Below are positions 55,495 through 64,000 of a stretch of 64,000 nt of DNA, piece by piece (the stretch's first letter is position 1; every line of letters starts with the position of its first letter). Under the pieces are notes generated by a model. That model ran no database searches. It worked only from the letters and a program-made list of their open reading frames with translations, and was not told the DNA's origin. The stretch is from Cyclobacteriaceae bacterium (lineage in GTDB: Bacteria > Bacteroidota > Bacteroidia > Cytophagales > Cyclobacteriaceae), in assembly GCA_046294915.1 (NCBI GenBank), contig JBKBOE010000001.1:1532-65531 (forward strand). Reading direction: 5' to 3'. Position numbers and translations under genes: made by a program.

Positions 55495-56878
55495 TTACAC
55501 CAACGATATTACGCGTTACCTCAGGGGAGAGATGACTCCGGCAGAAATGCATGCTTTGGAAAAGAAGGCTCTTTCCGATCCGTTTCTGGCCGATGCGTTG
55601 GAGGGAGCTGCCACGGTTGGTGTACATGATTTTACAAGTGAAATAACTGCAATCAACCAAAGGATAGAAGAGCAACCAAGGTCTAGAGTTGCCGCCAATG
55701 AAGCGTCAGCCTCCAGAGTTGCAGGGCAACCGTCTTCTGTAGCCGAAAAGCCTACTGTTCATCGGGTAACTGTAGCGGGTTGGGCCATGCGGATAGCTGC
55801 GGGATTGATTTTGCTTGTGGTTGCCTCATTTGTGATCTGGCAGTTCACCAAACAATCGGAAGATACTCCGCTGGCCTTGAATGAAACAAGCACAGGGTCT
55901 GCTCCCGATGAAGACCATAAGCAAGGATTGCCTGCCGAGTTGGACCCTGCAGAGGAAGCAGGTGGCCGGGTGGATAAGGATGAAGTGAGCAGGCAGGCAT
56001 CCACATCCCATGCCGATACTGAGCAAAAACCCTCGGGAAGCTTAGCCGAAAAGAAACCCGATAGTAAAACAGATGATGAATCGGTTGCTGACCTACAGGC
56101 CGCACCGGTTCTTGCTGAAGCAGCAAAAGCCAAGCAACAGACCGAAGATATGTCCGCCACTGAAAAAGATGCAGCTAAGCTTGCAACAGTTGATAGACCT
56201 GAAGAAGAAGCGCTTGCCAATGATGACCGGAAAAAAGCAGCCGGTATTTCCCGCTCCAGTGTAAATCAAAATCAACGGGTAATTCATGGGAAAGTAACAT
56301 CAGCTGAAGATGGCAGTCCTTTGCCCGGGGTGAATGTTATCATTAAGGGTACAAGTACAGGTACCGTAACCGATGCAGGCGGCAATTATCAGATTGAGTC
56401 AACGCAGCCAAACCCTTCGTTGGTGTATTCGTTCATTGGCCTTCAATCACAAGAGGTTTCTGCCGGAGACCGGAGCCAGGTGGATGTGCAGATGGCATTG
56501 GATGCCGCCCAACTTAGTGAAGTGGTTGTTACCGGCTATGCTATTAGGAATGCTGAGCCTTATACGCCTACTGTTGAACTGGCGCATCCCGTTACCGGTA
56601 ACCGGGAATTTAAAAAGTACCTGGAGAGCAGTTTGCGTTATCCGCAGGAAGCCCTGGATAAGAAAGTAGAGGGAAGGGTAACGGTTGAGTTCTTTGTGGA
56701 AACCAATGGTGCCCTTACAGCTTTCACTGTTATTCGCGGGATTGGCGCAGGGTGTGATGAGGAGTTAATACGACTGATTAAAGAGGGTCCGCGGTGGGAA
56801 CCTACTAAAAGAAATGGAGCACCCATTCGCGACAAGGCCCGTGTACGGTTAAAATTCGAAATACCGAAGAAGCCTTAA
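55487..56878 (+). CDS. anti-sigma-like / TonB C-terminal domain fusion protein
   Basis: 463 aa. The layout is an N-terminal cytoplasmic segment, one TM segment (AMRIAAGLILLVVASFVIW), an acidic low-complexity linker, a CarboxypepD_reg domain and a TonB_C-like end (YPQEALDKKVEGRVTVEFFV...). It overlaps the sigma gene by 8 nt. Confidence 0.75.
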   Translation: MTDYTNDITRYLRGEMTPAEMHALEKKALSDPFLADALEGAATVGVHDFTSEITAINQRIEEQPRSRVAANEASASRVAGQPSSVAEKPTVHRVTVAGWAMRIAAGLILLVVASFVIWQFTKQSEDTPLALNETSTGSAPDEDHKQGLPAELDPAEEAGGRVDKDEVSRQASTSHADTEQKPSGSLAEKKPDSKTDDESVADLQAAPVLAEAAKAKQQTEDMSATEKDAAKLATVDRPEEEALANDDRKKAAGISRSSVNQNQRVIHGKVTSAEDGSPLPGVNVIIKGTSTGTVTDAGGNYQIESTQPNPSLVYSFIGLQSQEVSAGDRSQVDVQMALDAAQLSEVVVTGYAIRNAEPYTPTVELAHPVTGNREFKKYLESSLRYPQEALDKKVEGRVTVEFFVETNGALTAFTVIRGIGAGCDEELIRLIKEGPRWEPTKRNGAPIRDKARVRLKFEIPKKP

Positions 56879-57618
56879 ACCACTTTTCTGCGAATCAGTT
56901 TGGCATACGTGCGACTTACCGGGAAACTTTTTCCGGTTTGCATTTTTACCATCATGCCGCCATTAAAATGTTTTTCTATCTCCTTCAGGAAGTTAATGTT
57001 GATGATGGTGCTTCGGTGAACGCGGATGAATGTTTCGGGGTTTAGTATTTCCTCCAGTTTTCCGATGCCGGATGAACTTACGAACTGATCGTTTTTGGTG
57101 GTAAGGATTGTATAGTCGCCCGAGGCTTCCAGAAACATAATTTCTTCTACCGGCAGGTTAATAAGTTTTTCTGATTTCTGAACAAAAATATGATTGTCGT
57201 AAGAAGATTTGTTTTCCGTTTTCAGGCTGCGCAGCAGTTCGCCCACGTTGTTTTGTTCCAGTTTCATTCGTTCAATGGCTCGCTTTACGGCCAGCTTGAA
57301 GCGCTCCAGATCAATGGGTTTTAACAGGTAGTCCACTGCGTTTTTTTCAAATGCCTTGATGGCGTACTGGTCGTAAGCCGTGGTGAAAATTACAAACGGA
57401 TCATGCGTTATGTCATCCAGAACATCAAAGCCATTCATGCCGGGCATTTGTACATCAAGAAAGATCAGGTCTGGCTTAAGATCATCAATAAGGTCAACCG
57501 CTTCTTTACCTTTGGTGGCCTCTCCGATTACCCGTAGTTCAGGTAAATGTCCGATATACTCTTTCAAAAGATCGCGTGCCAACTGCTCATCATCTACCAG
57601 CAAACAATTTATAGTCAT
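56875..57618 (-). CDS. LytTR-family DNA-binding response regulator
   Basis: 247 aa with a receiver domain (LLVDDE...DLIFLDVQMPGMNG) and a LytTR domain (FIRVHRSTIININ). Confidence 0.92.
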   Translation of the reverse strand: MTINCLLVDDEQLARDLLKEYIGHLPELRVIGEATKGKEAVDLIDDLKPDLIFLDVQMPGMNGFDVLDDITHDPFVIFTTAYDQYAIKAFEKNAVDYLLKPIDLERFKLAVKRAIERMKLEQNNVGELLRSLKTENKSSYDNHIFVQKSEKLINLPVEEIMFLEASGDYTILTTKNDQFVSSSGIGKLEEILNPETFIRVHRSTIININFLKEIEKHFNGGMMVKMQTGKSFPVSRTYAKLIRRKVV

Positions 57619-57638
57619 AGTTTATGGGTTTATCTCTT

Positions 57639-58757
57639 TCAAACGGCTTCACTCTTTAATTCCGGTTCATTAACCACGGTGTGCTCATCTTCCTTTAAGG
57701 GTATAAAGAAACTCACCGAGTAGCCCGATTCATTGGAGCGGATATGCAAACCGGCACCAGCGCCATACGTGCTTCGAAGGCGTTTATCGGTATTTTTTAT
57801 ACCCACTCCGGAGGAGGTGGAGTCCATTACTTTTTTTGCGTTCGAGCCCATGCCATCATCTTTTACTTCGAAAAAAATACTTTGATTGAGGCGTTTGACA
57901 GTTAACGTAATTGTGCCGCCTGTATCTTTTGGTGCAATGCCGTATTTCACCGCATTTTCGACCAGCGGCTGTAAAATCATGGGTGGCACTTTTATGCCCA
58001 GACAAGTAAAATCAACCTGCTTAATAAACTTTAGCCGCTCGCCAAAGCGAACCTGCTGTATTTTTATGTAGTTATCGATAAAATCAAGTTCATGAATCAG
58101 TTTTACCAACTGATCGCCATGGGAATCAAGTGCATAGCGAAAGATGTCAGAGAGTTGCGTGATTACTTTGCGCGCGTGTTCTTTGCTGGAGCCCACCAGC
58201 ATGTTAATAGAATTAAGCGTGTTAAATAAAAAATGCGGGTTGATTTGGGATTTAAGCAGCGACAGTTGCATCTCCCGGTTTTTAATGGCCAGTTCACCTT
58301 TTTCCTGTTCGCGTTTCTGCATCCGCTCAAAGTAGCGGATGATGTAATACACGGCAGCGGTAATCACATATTGATTCTGGAAATGCAACCCTTCCCAGCG
58401 CAGCAACCCCACCATGTGGTCTTTCCAGTTGTCAAAATATACATAGCCTTCCACGTAATCTTCAAGGTAGTAACTGAATGACCCCATGATCAGAAAGAAG
58501 AGCATCGCCCCGGCAATATGCCCGGCAACCTGAATAACAATTTTATACCGGAAGAGGAAGTGGGAATACAACAGGATGAGCGCAATAAAAATGCACAAGG
58601 CCTCAAAAAGATACAGAGCGTTCCAGAAAACATACATGAAGGGCGTTTCGAGCTTGTATTCAATGATGGCACTGACTGAAAAATTGATAAAGTACCACAG
58701 GCAAAGCAGCAGGTAGGCTCGTTTCCAGATACGTGGTATTTTCTCAAGACTGATCAA
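57639..58757 (-). CDS. sensor histidine kinase (LytS/YehU-type His_kinase + HATPase)
   Basis: 372 aa with 4-5 N-terminal TM segments, LKSQINPHFLFNTLNSI and a GGTITL...DDGMG ATPase region. Confidence 0.88.
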   Translation of the reverse strand: MISLEKIPRIWKRAYLLLCLWYFINFSVSAIIEYKLETPFMYVFWNALYLFEALCIFIALILLYSHFLFRYKIVIQVAGHIAGAMLFFLIMGSFSYYLEDYVEGYVYFDNWKDHMVGLLRWEGLHFQNQYVITAAVYYIIRYFERMQKREQEKGELAIKNREMQLSLLKSQINPHFLFNTLNSINMLVGSSKEHARKVITQLSDIFRYALDSHGDQLVKLIHELDFIDNYIKIQQVRFGERLKFIKQVDFTCLGIKVPPMILQPLVENAVKYGIAPKDTGGTITLTVKRLNQSIFFEVKDDGMGSNAKKVMDSTSSGVGIKNTDKRLRSTYGAGAGLHIRSNESGYSVSFFIPLKEDEHTVVNEPELKSEAV

Positions 58758-58903
58758 AGGGCTAATAAATTGACTGATAAAGTTACAGTAAAGAAGGTAA
58801 ATGCGTTTAAGGCTTCTGTTTCATCGGTAAACATCCAAAAAATGCGGATAACCTTACCTGTAATTTGAAAGACGGGCACGATTGCGCAACTTTATTTTCT
58901 AAA

Positions 58904-60118
58904 ATGAGGATTTACGGTATCATCTGGTTACTTGCACTTTTGAGTGCGGAGGCTGGCGCGCAGAAAATAACTATTTCGGGCAAAATCACTGACCGTGATA
59001 CCGGGGAGGCACTTCCGTTTGCATCGGTCGGAATTCAGGGAAAGGCCATTGGAACGATCAGCAACCTGCAAGGCGAATTCGACTTTCATATACCGGTCGG
59101 GTACCAAAATGAGATCCTCGTAATCAGCATGCTGGGGTACATTAATTTTGAAGCACCGGTATGGTCAGTTATGGGTAAGCCGCTGATGGCTGAGTTAACT
59201 CACTCAACCACGGTGCTTAATGAAGTGGTTGTTCGCGACTCTTTATCGGGCGGAGACATCCTGCGGGTTGCACTGAGCCGCATTGAAGCCAATTACCCGA
59301 TGCAGCCCTTTTTAATGGAGGGCTTTTATCGCGATGTAAAAAAGGTGGCAGGTACATACATCTCCTTATTGGAAGCTGCAGTTGAAATTTATGATGAGGA
59401 TTATGCCGAGCCCCGCAATAAGTACAAATTGCGCGAACGGGTTAAACTGGTGGAGGTACGCAAAAGCATCGGCTATGAGAGTCGGTTTACCACATTTTTT
59501 GATCAGGATAACCTCCTGGAAGATCTTTTACTTCACAATAATATCCGATACCGGCAGATTGAAGCACGGGAAGAAATGTTCTCCGGTATGAAGCGTGAAC
59601 CCGATTCCTATTACAACGGACGTGAGATATTTGTGATTGCCCATACACAACAATATTTGCTGAAGATTTTTGTTGACAAGCAAACCTATGCCGTTGTGCA
59701 CCTGGAGTACGAAACAGACTCATCAAATGAACTGATTGGAAAGAAGAAAAATCTTGTTGGTCGATTTGCCGGTTTACGAAAAACAATCGACTTCAGGGAG
59801 GTAAACGGCAAAATGTATTTAAGCTATCTCAGCATGACTTCCAAGGTGAGCTGGCACAACCGGAAAAGCAATGAAATGAAATTTGAAACAGAGTTAATGC
59901 AGCAATTGCTGATTAATGATGTTAAACCCGGTGTGAGTGAACGCATTAAAACTACCGAGCGTATGCGTAATTACGGCCTTCAATACCAGGATAACCCTTA
60001 CAACAAAGCTTTTTGGGATAACTATAACCTGATTAAAGACACTCCGATTGACAAACAGATTCTTGAAGATCTGGAAAAAATAGCCCCTTTGCATGAGCAA
60101 TTTGAGGGGAAGCATTAA
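58904..60118 (+). CDS. CarboxypepD_reg-like domain protein
   Basis: Signal peptide followed by ISGKITDRDTGEALPFASVGIQGKAIGTISNLQGEF. The remainder is uncharacterised. The start was taken at MRIYGII. Confidence 0.65.
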   Translation: MRIYGIIWLLALLSAEAGAQKITISGKITDRDTGEALPFASVGIQGKAIGTISNLQGEFDFHIPVGYQNEILVISMLGYINFEAPVWSVMGKPLMAELTHSTTVLNEVVVRDSLSGGDILRVALSRIEANYPMQPFLMEGFYRDVKKVAGTYISLLEAAVEIYDEDYAEPRNKYKLRERVKLVEVRKSIGYESRFTTFFDQDNLLEDLLLHNNIRYRQIEAREEMFSGMKREPDSYYNGREIFVIAHTQQYLLKIFVDKQTYAVVHLEYETDSSNELIGKKKNLVGRFAGLRKTIDFREVNGKMYLSYLSMTSKVSWHNRKSNEMKFETELMQQLLINDVKPGVSERIKTTERMRNYGLQYQDNPYNKAFWDNYNLIKDTPIDKQILEDLEKIAPLHEQFEGKH

Positions 60119-60122
60119 AAAC

Positions 60123-60890
60123 CTAACGAACTCCAATGCGTTCGTTCCACTCGTAAACCTTGTTGGCAATATCAATGAGCAAAGTGGGTTCTTTTTCAAG
60201 TGCGTTACCAATAACAATCATGTCGGCTCCTGCCTGCAAGGCGGCCTGTGCTTTTTCGGGCGTGTTGATACCTCCCCCTATGATCAGCGGAACAGAAACA
60301 GCCTTGCGCACAGCGCTTATCATTTTGGCGCTGATTTCTTTTTCGGCACCGCTGCCGGCATCCAGGTAGATGAGTTTCAGGCCAAGCATTTCGCCAGCCA
60401 GAGCGGTGCAGGCTGCCAGCGAATATTTGTCATCGGGGAGTGGTATGGTATTGCTGATATAGGCCACTGAGGTAGTACGCCCTGAGTTAATGAGCATATA
60501 GCCGGTGGGCAAAACTTCGAGCCTGGTGTTTTTTATTACCGGAGCAGCAACCACGTGCTGACCAATGAGTAACTCCGGATTCCGGCCGGAGATGAGCGAT
60601 AAAAACAAAATACCGTCAGCAGAAGGCTCCACCTGCATGGCATTCCCTGGAAATAAGATAACGGGCAGATTCACGTGTTGTTTGATCTGACTTACAACCT
60701 CAGCCAAGTTGGTGGTTGTAACCAGGCTGCCACCTACCAGAAAATAATCCACACAATTTTCACTGGCCAGATCAATAAGGTGTTGCAACTGAACCCGGTC
60801 AGTAATCTTGTCGGGATCTACCAGTACCGCAATGGATTTTTTATCCAGCTTTTGCTTTTGCTGCAGCGAATCAAGAATGCTCATGCTCAC
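60123..60890 (-). CDS. geranylgeranylglyceryl/heptaprenylglyceryl phosphate synthase family protein (PcrB/GGGPS)
   Basis: 255 aa TIM-barrel pattern with DPDK, FLVGGS and LIIGGGINTPEKA. Confidence 0.85.
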   Translation of the reverse strand: MSMSILDSLQQKQKLDKKSIAVLVDPDKITDRVQLQHLIDLASENCVDYFLVGGSLVTTTNLAEVVSQIKQHVNLPVILFPGNAMQVEPSADGILFLSLISGRNPELLIGQHVVAAPVIKNTRLEVLPTGYMLINSGRTTSVAYISNTIPLPDDKYSLAACTALAGEMLGLKLIYLDAGSGAEKEISAKMISAVRKAVSVPLIIGGGINTPEKAQAALQAGADMIVIGNALEKEPTLLIDIANKVYEWNERIGVR

Positions 60891-61281
60891 TTTTTTTGGC
60901 TTGTGTCTGTAGGTACTCTGAAAGTTTTTCTTTAGCCATGTTCAATAGAAAAACAGTGGCCTGGCTAAGCAAGGCTGTACTGATATGCGACAACACATTT
61001 GTAACAGGTGAATCATCTTCGGGTTCAAGATCCGTATCTGATTCGTTTATCGGCTTCGAAGCTGCCTTTTTTGTTTTTGTTTTCTTTGATTTTGATCCGC
61101 TGAACTGACGAAAAAGAATATATGTAAGGGCCAGGGCCCCGCCAATGATCAAGGCATTGGTAAGTATTTTTTCTGTGCGGTCTGACAGTTCTTTCAATTC
61201 ACCCTCAACTTCTTCGCGTTGCATCGAAGCCTTTCGCAACAGCTGGCTTTTTACCGGGTCGTCTGTTTGTTGCGTACTCAT
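60871..61281 (-). CDS. hypothetical membrane protein
   Basis: About 136 aa with one central TM segment (ALIIGGALALTYILF) and a Lys/Ser-rich linker. The start was moved to MSTQQT to avoid overlap. Confidence 0.5.
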   Translation of the reverse strand: MSTQQTDDPVKSQLLRKASMQREEVEGELKELSDRTEKILTNALIIGGALALTYILFRQFSGSKSKKTKTKKAASKPINESDTDLEPEDDSPVTNVLSHISTALLSQATVFLLNMAKEKLSEYLQTQAKKSEHEHS

Positions 61282-61285
61282 TTTG

Positions 61286-61654
61286 CTAATCTTTTTTGAA
61301 ATGTTTCTTAATGTCCTCTTCAATAATGTTGCTTAGCCGGTCGCGTAACACGGCCAGAATAATAATCAGGAGCAGATAAAATCCACTGATTATAACAAAG
61401 CCCATAGCATTGCCCACATACGGGCTAAGGAGCAGTGCACCCGCTACACTTAGAAATACAATAACAAGTCCAGCCAGCAGCATTAACACCAGAAAAATTG
61501 AGGCCTTGGCAATTGCGCGTGCAACGTCTGATTTCAACTCGTACTTCAGTAGTTCAAGGCGGGTTTCAACATAATCGTTCAGGCTGTTTACCAGGCCATC
61601 AAGCTTTAAGAATTTCAAAATGCTGTCCTTTAGCATACGGAATTGTTCATGCAA
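61286..61654 (-). CDS. phage-holin-family-like (Holin-X type) small membrane protein
   Basis: 122 aa with an amphipathic N-terminus and two TM segments (IFLVLMLLAGLVIVFL and FVIISGFYLLLIIILAVL). Confidence 0.55.
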   Translation of the reverse strand: MHEQFRMLKDSILKFLKLDGLVNSLNDYVETRLELLKYELKSDVARAIAKASIFLVLMLLAGLVIVFLSVAGALLLSPYVGNAMGFVIISGFYLLLIIILAVLRDRLSNIIEEDIKKHFKKD

Positions 61655-61682
61655 TATAGATAAAATTGATCGGCCGAAATTC

Positions 61683-63284
61683 CTATTTCCGTGAAATGGA
61701 TATGATTTCCTCAGTTTCGGTAATGCGATTACCGGTTTGACTGACAGACCGGAGGATAACAGGGTACTCCTTACTTACGTACAGCCGCTGCACAACCGAG
61801 TCGCTGAACTGATCATAATGCCGGTTAAAAACGTAAACCGAATCGAACGTTAAACCTGGAGCAATAGAAAGTGTTGGTAAAACGGTTTCGATACAGCATT
61901 TGTATTTACCTTGTTTATTCTCACCATCCCAGCAATAACCGGGTTTATTGAAAAGCACCATTTCTTTATTGATCATGAGCAGGTTGTTGCGCTTGTAGAC
62001 TACAAAAATTTCAGCCGGAGCTTCATCAACCGACCGATACATCAGCCATTCGCTACTGCCGGATGGAAGTTTTAAGGTGATGGCTACTGCCGATTGAGCC
62101 GATGTAGTGTAATCGGTTCGTTTAAAATTCATCTCAATGGTTTCTTTTGAGCCCCTGTTCAGATAGATCAGCGTAAAAGGAATGAAGAAAAATACCGTAA
62201 GAACATACACAAAGCCCACCAGCCTGAAGCGCAAGGTAAGCCGCCCAAGGTGCGTTGCAAGGCTTAAGGGAATTTGACGGAGAAACCGAAGAGGAAAGAA
62301 AATCAATACACCAAGAAAGTTGAAGATGAAATGAACGAGCGCAATGCTGATGGCACTGGCGGAATTTACATGGAGTGTTGCCGCAATGAAGGCGGTGATT
62401 GTAGTGCCAATGTTAGCACCAAGAATAAACGGTGCTGCCTTGCGCAGGGTAATTATTTTTTGAGCTACGATGGGTACAACCACTGATGTGGTGATGGTGC
62501 TGGAACGAATAGCCGCTGTGGTAACCAGCCCCCAGAAGAATGATTTCCATGCGCTCTTGAAAAAAAACCGACTGAACCGCTCCGGTGAACCGGCTATGAG
62601 CAACTGGGAGATGAGTCTCCTGAAGAGCACAATGGAGAAAAACAACAATCCAAACGAAAGCATGGCCAGGACAAACCCGCTGGGGATGATACGGATCATA
62701 AATTCAACAAGCGGGTTAAAACCTGCCCATCCCGAAGGAAGCGTTTCTGTTGGAATAGGAATTGTGTTGAAGAAACGTTCTGTGATTCGCAGAGATAAAT
62801 CCGACAGGAAGCGAAAGTAATACTCAAGTGGAAAAAGAACGACCACTGTGAGAATATTGAAAAAATCGTGGTAGGTACCTGCTGCTACTGCCCGTCTGAA
62901 CTCCTTCCGTTTGTTAATGAACCCTAATGAAACAATGGTGCTGGTAATGGTGGTGCCAATGTTGGCACCCATAATGATGGGTATGGCGCTGCCCAGCGAT
63001 ATCGAGTCGGAAGCCACGAAGGCTACCACCAATGCCGTTGTGGTTGAACTGCTTTGAATCATGGCTGTAATCAGCAAGCCGATGAATAGAGCAATGAAGG
63101 GATTGGAGGTTGCCGTAAGTATTGTTTGGGCTGCTGACTCACCAAGGTGCTGAAGCGATGACACCATCAGATCCAATGCGAATACAAAAAGCAACAAGGC
63201 GCCCAAAATGAACATGATGGTCCGCGCCTGGCGGATACGCTGGGAACCGGGAGTTACGGGTTGCTGTGGTAAAGGGCCTTCCAA
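61683..63284 (-). CDS. Na/Pi cotransporter family protein
   Basis: 533 aa with two Na_Pi_cotrans repeats (QSSSTTTALVV.. and RSSTITTSVVVP..) plus a non-membrane C-terminal domain of about 150 aa. Confidence 0.85.
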   Translation of the reverse strand: MEGPLPQQPVTPGSQRIRQARTIMFILGALLLFVFALDLMVSSLQHLGESAAQTILTATSNPFIALFIGLLITAMIQSSSTTTALVVAFVASDSISLGSAIPIIMGANIGTTITSTIVSLGFINKRKEFRRAVAAGTYHDFFNILTVVVLFPLEYYFRFLSDLSLRITERFFNTIPIPTETLPSGWAGFNPLVEFMIRIIPSGFVLAMLSFGLLFFSIVLFRRLISQLLIAGSPERFSRFFFKSAWKSFFWGLVTTAAIRSSTITTSVVVPIVAQKIITLRKAAPFILGANIGTTITAFIAATLHVNSASAISIALVHFIFNFLGVLIFFPLRFLRQIPLSLATHLGRLTLRFRLVGFVYVLTVFFFIPFTLIYLNRGSKETIEMNFKRTDYTTSAQSAVAITLKLPSGSSEWLMYRSVDEAPAEIFVVYKRNNLLMINKEMVLFNKPGYCWDGENKQGKYKCCIETVLPTLSIAPGLTFDSVYVFNRHYDQFSDSVVQRLYVSKEYPVILRSVSQTGNRITETEEIISISRK

Positions 63285-63323
63285 CCGGGTATGAATGTTT
63301 TTAGGAAAGCTAAAATCAAAAAA

Positions 63324-64000
63324 TCAAATTCCCAATTCAGTTATTGCAAGCCAGGCCATTAACCCGGGTCCGATGGTGAGTGCGTCCTCGTCAATATCAA
63401 AGGTTGGTGTGTGTACATACGAGGTTATTCCTTTTGCTTCGTTGCGGGTTCCTAACCTGTAAAACGAAGCCGGAATGCTATGCGAATAGTATGCAAAATC
63501 CTCCGAACCCATGGTAATGTCCAGGTCAACGATATTTTCTTTACCAACATATTCTTCTGCTGCTTTACGGATCCTTGAGGTTAACTCAGCATTATTTTCA
63601 AGACAGGGATAGCCGCGCGAAATGGTAACCTCGCACTTTGCCCCCATGCTTTCGGCTAATTTTGTTGCCATGGTTTTGATTTTATTCAGTGCTTCTTCCC
63701 GCCATCTTTCATCGAGTGTTCTGAAAGTTCCTGCTATGCTCACTTCGTTTGGAATAATATTCGTTGCCCCGTTAGCCATGATTTTACCAAAGGTGAGCAC
63801 GCTCGGTTGCTTTGGTGATGCATTGCGGCTGATAATCTGCTGCAGCGCTATAATAAGGTGTGATGATATAACTACAGGATCGATGGCGAGTTCCGGAGCG
63901 GCTCCATGTCCTCCTTTACCGATTACGTTAAGGTAGATTTCATCTGAACTGGCCATATACCGGCCTTCACGAAAACCAATTTTACCTGCAGGGAGCAACG
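63324..64000 (-). CDS. M20-family amidohydrolase (N-acyl-amino acid amidohydrolase-like), C-terminal part; gene runs off the right edge
   Basis: GKGGHGAAPE...RTLDE...GSEDFAYY...HTPTFDIDE is typical of peptidase M20D. Confidence 0.85.
   Translation of the reverse strand, partial: LLPAGKIGFREGRYMASSDEIYLNVIGKGGHGAAPELAIDPVVISSHLIIALQQIISRNASPKQPSVLTFGKIMANGATNIIPNEVSIAGTFRTLDERWREEALNKIKTMATKLAESMGAKCEVTISRGYPCLENNAELTSRIRKAAEEYVGKENIVDLDITMGSEDFAYYSHSIPASFYRLGTRNEAKGITSYVHTPTFDIDEDALTIGPGLMAWLAITELGI

Noticed and set aside
55759-56220. 153-aa minus-strand ORF and neighbouring short ORFs.
   Set aside because: They are antisense to the acidic low-complexity linker of the anti-sigma/TonB fusion. 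Their Ser/Ala-rich translation is a mirror of that linker.

Overview
This is a gene-dense window from a Bacteroidota-type chromosome. The assignment rests on a T9SS C-terminal sorting domain, SusC-like CarboxypepD_reg N-termini, DUF4270/DUF4254/DUF5686-type genes, and TAnnTTTG -7 promoter boxes. Most of it is core housekeeping: glmS, glnS, gltX, prmC, ribD, clpS, recR, recO, tdk, purN, pyrH, frr, selD, selU, nadD and gmk. Also present are two ECF sigma/anti-sigma pairs, a LytTR two-component system, a TonB-dependent receptor behind a clear TPP riboswitch, and one tRNA-Ser(UGA). I found no CRISPR array, transposase, integrase, rRNA or recognisable defence system. Three places are not explained by ordinary annotation. 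(1) Next to tRNA-Ser is a tandem tRNA-Ser-derived copy with its own terminator; its anticodon is split by a precise 22-nt hairpin, and its D-loop carries a complementary insertion. (2) A roughly 4.1 kb AT-rich block of uncharacterised envelope genes sits between aspC and recO: an HTH regulator, a TerB-like protein, a micro-ORF, a beta-barrel-like lipoprotein, an internally duplicated multi-TM protein and a glycine-zipper protein. (3) Archaeal-type ether-lipid genes are present (a GGGPS/PcrB homolog and a UbiA prenyltransferase), and a small ORF is translationally coupled to selU-selD. None of these can be assigned a function from sequence alone. All protein family calls come from motif recognition by eye, not from database searches.
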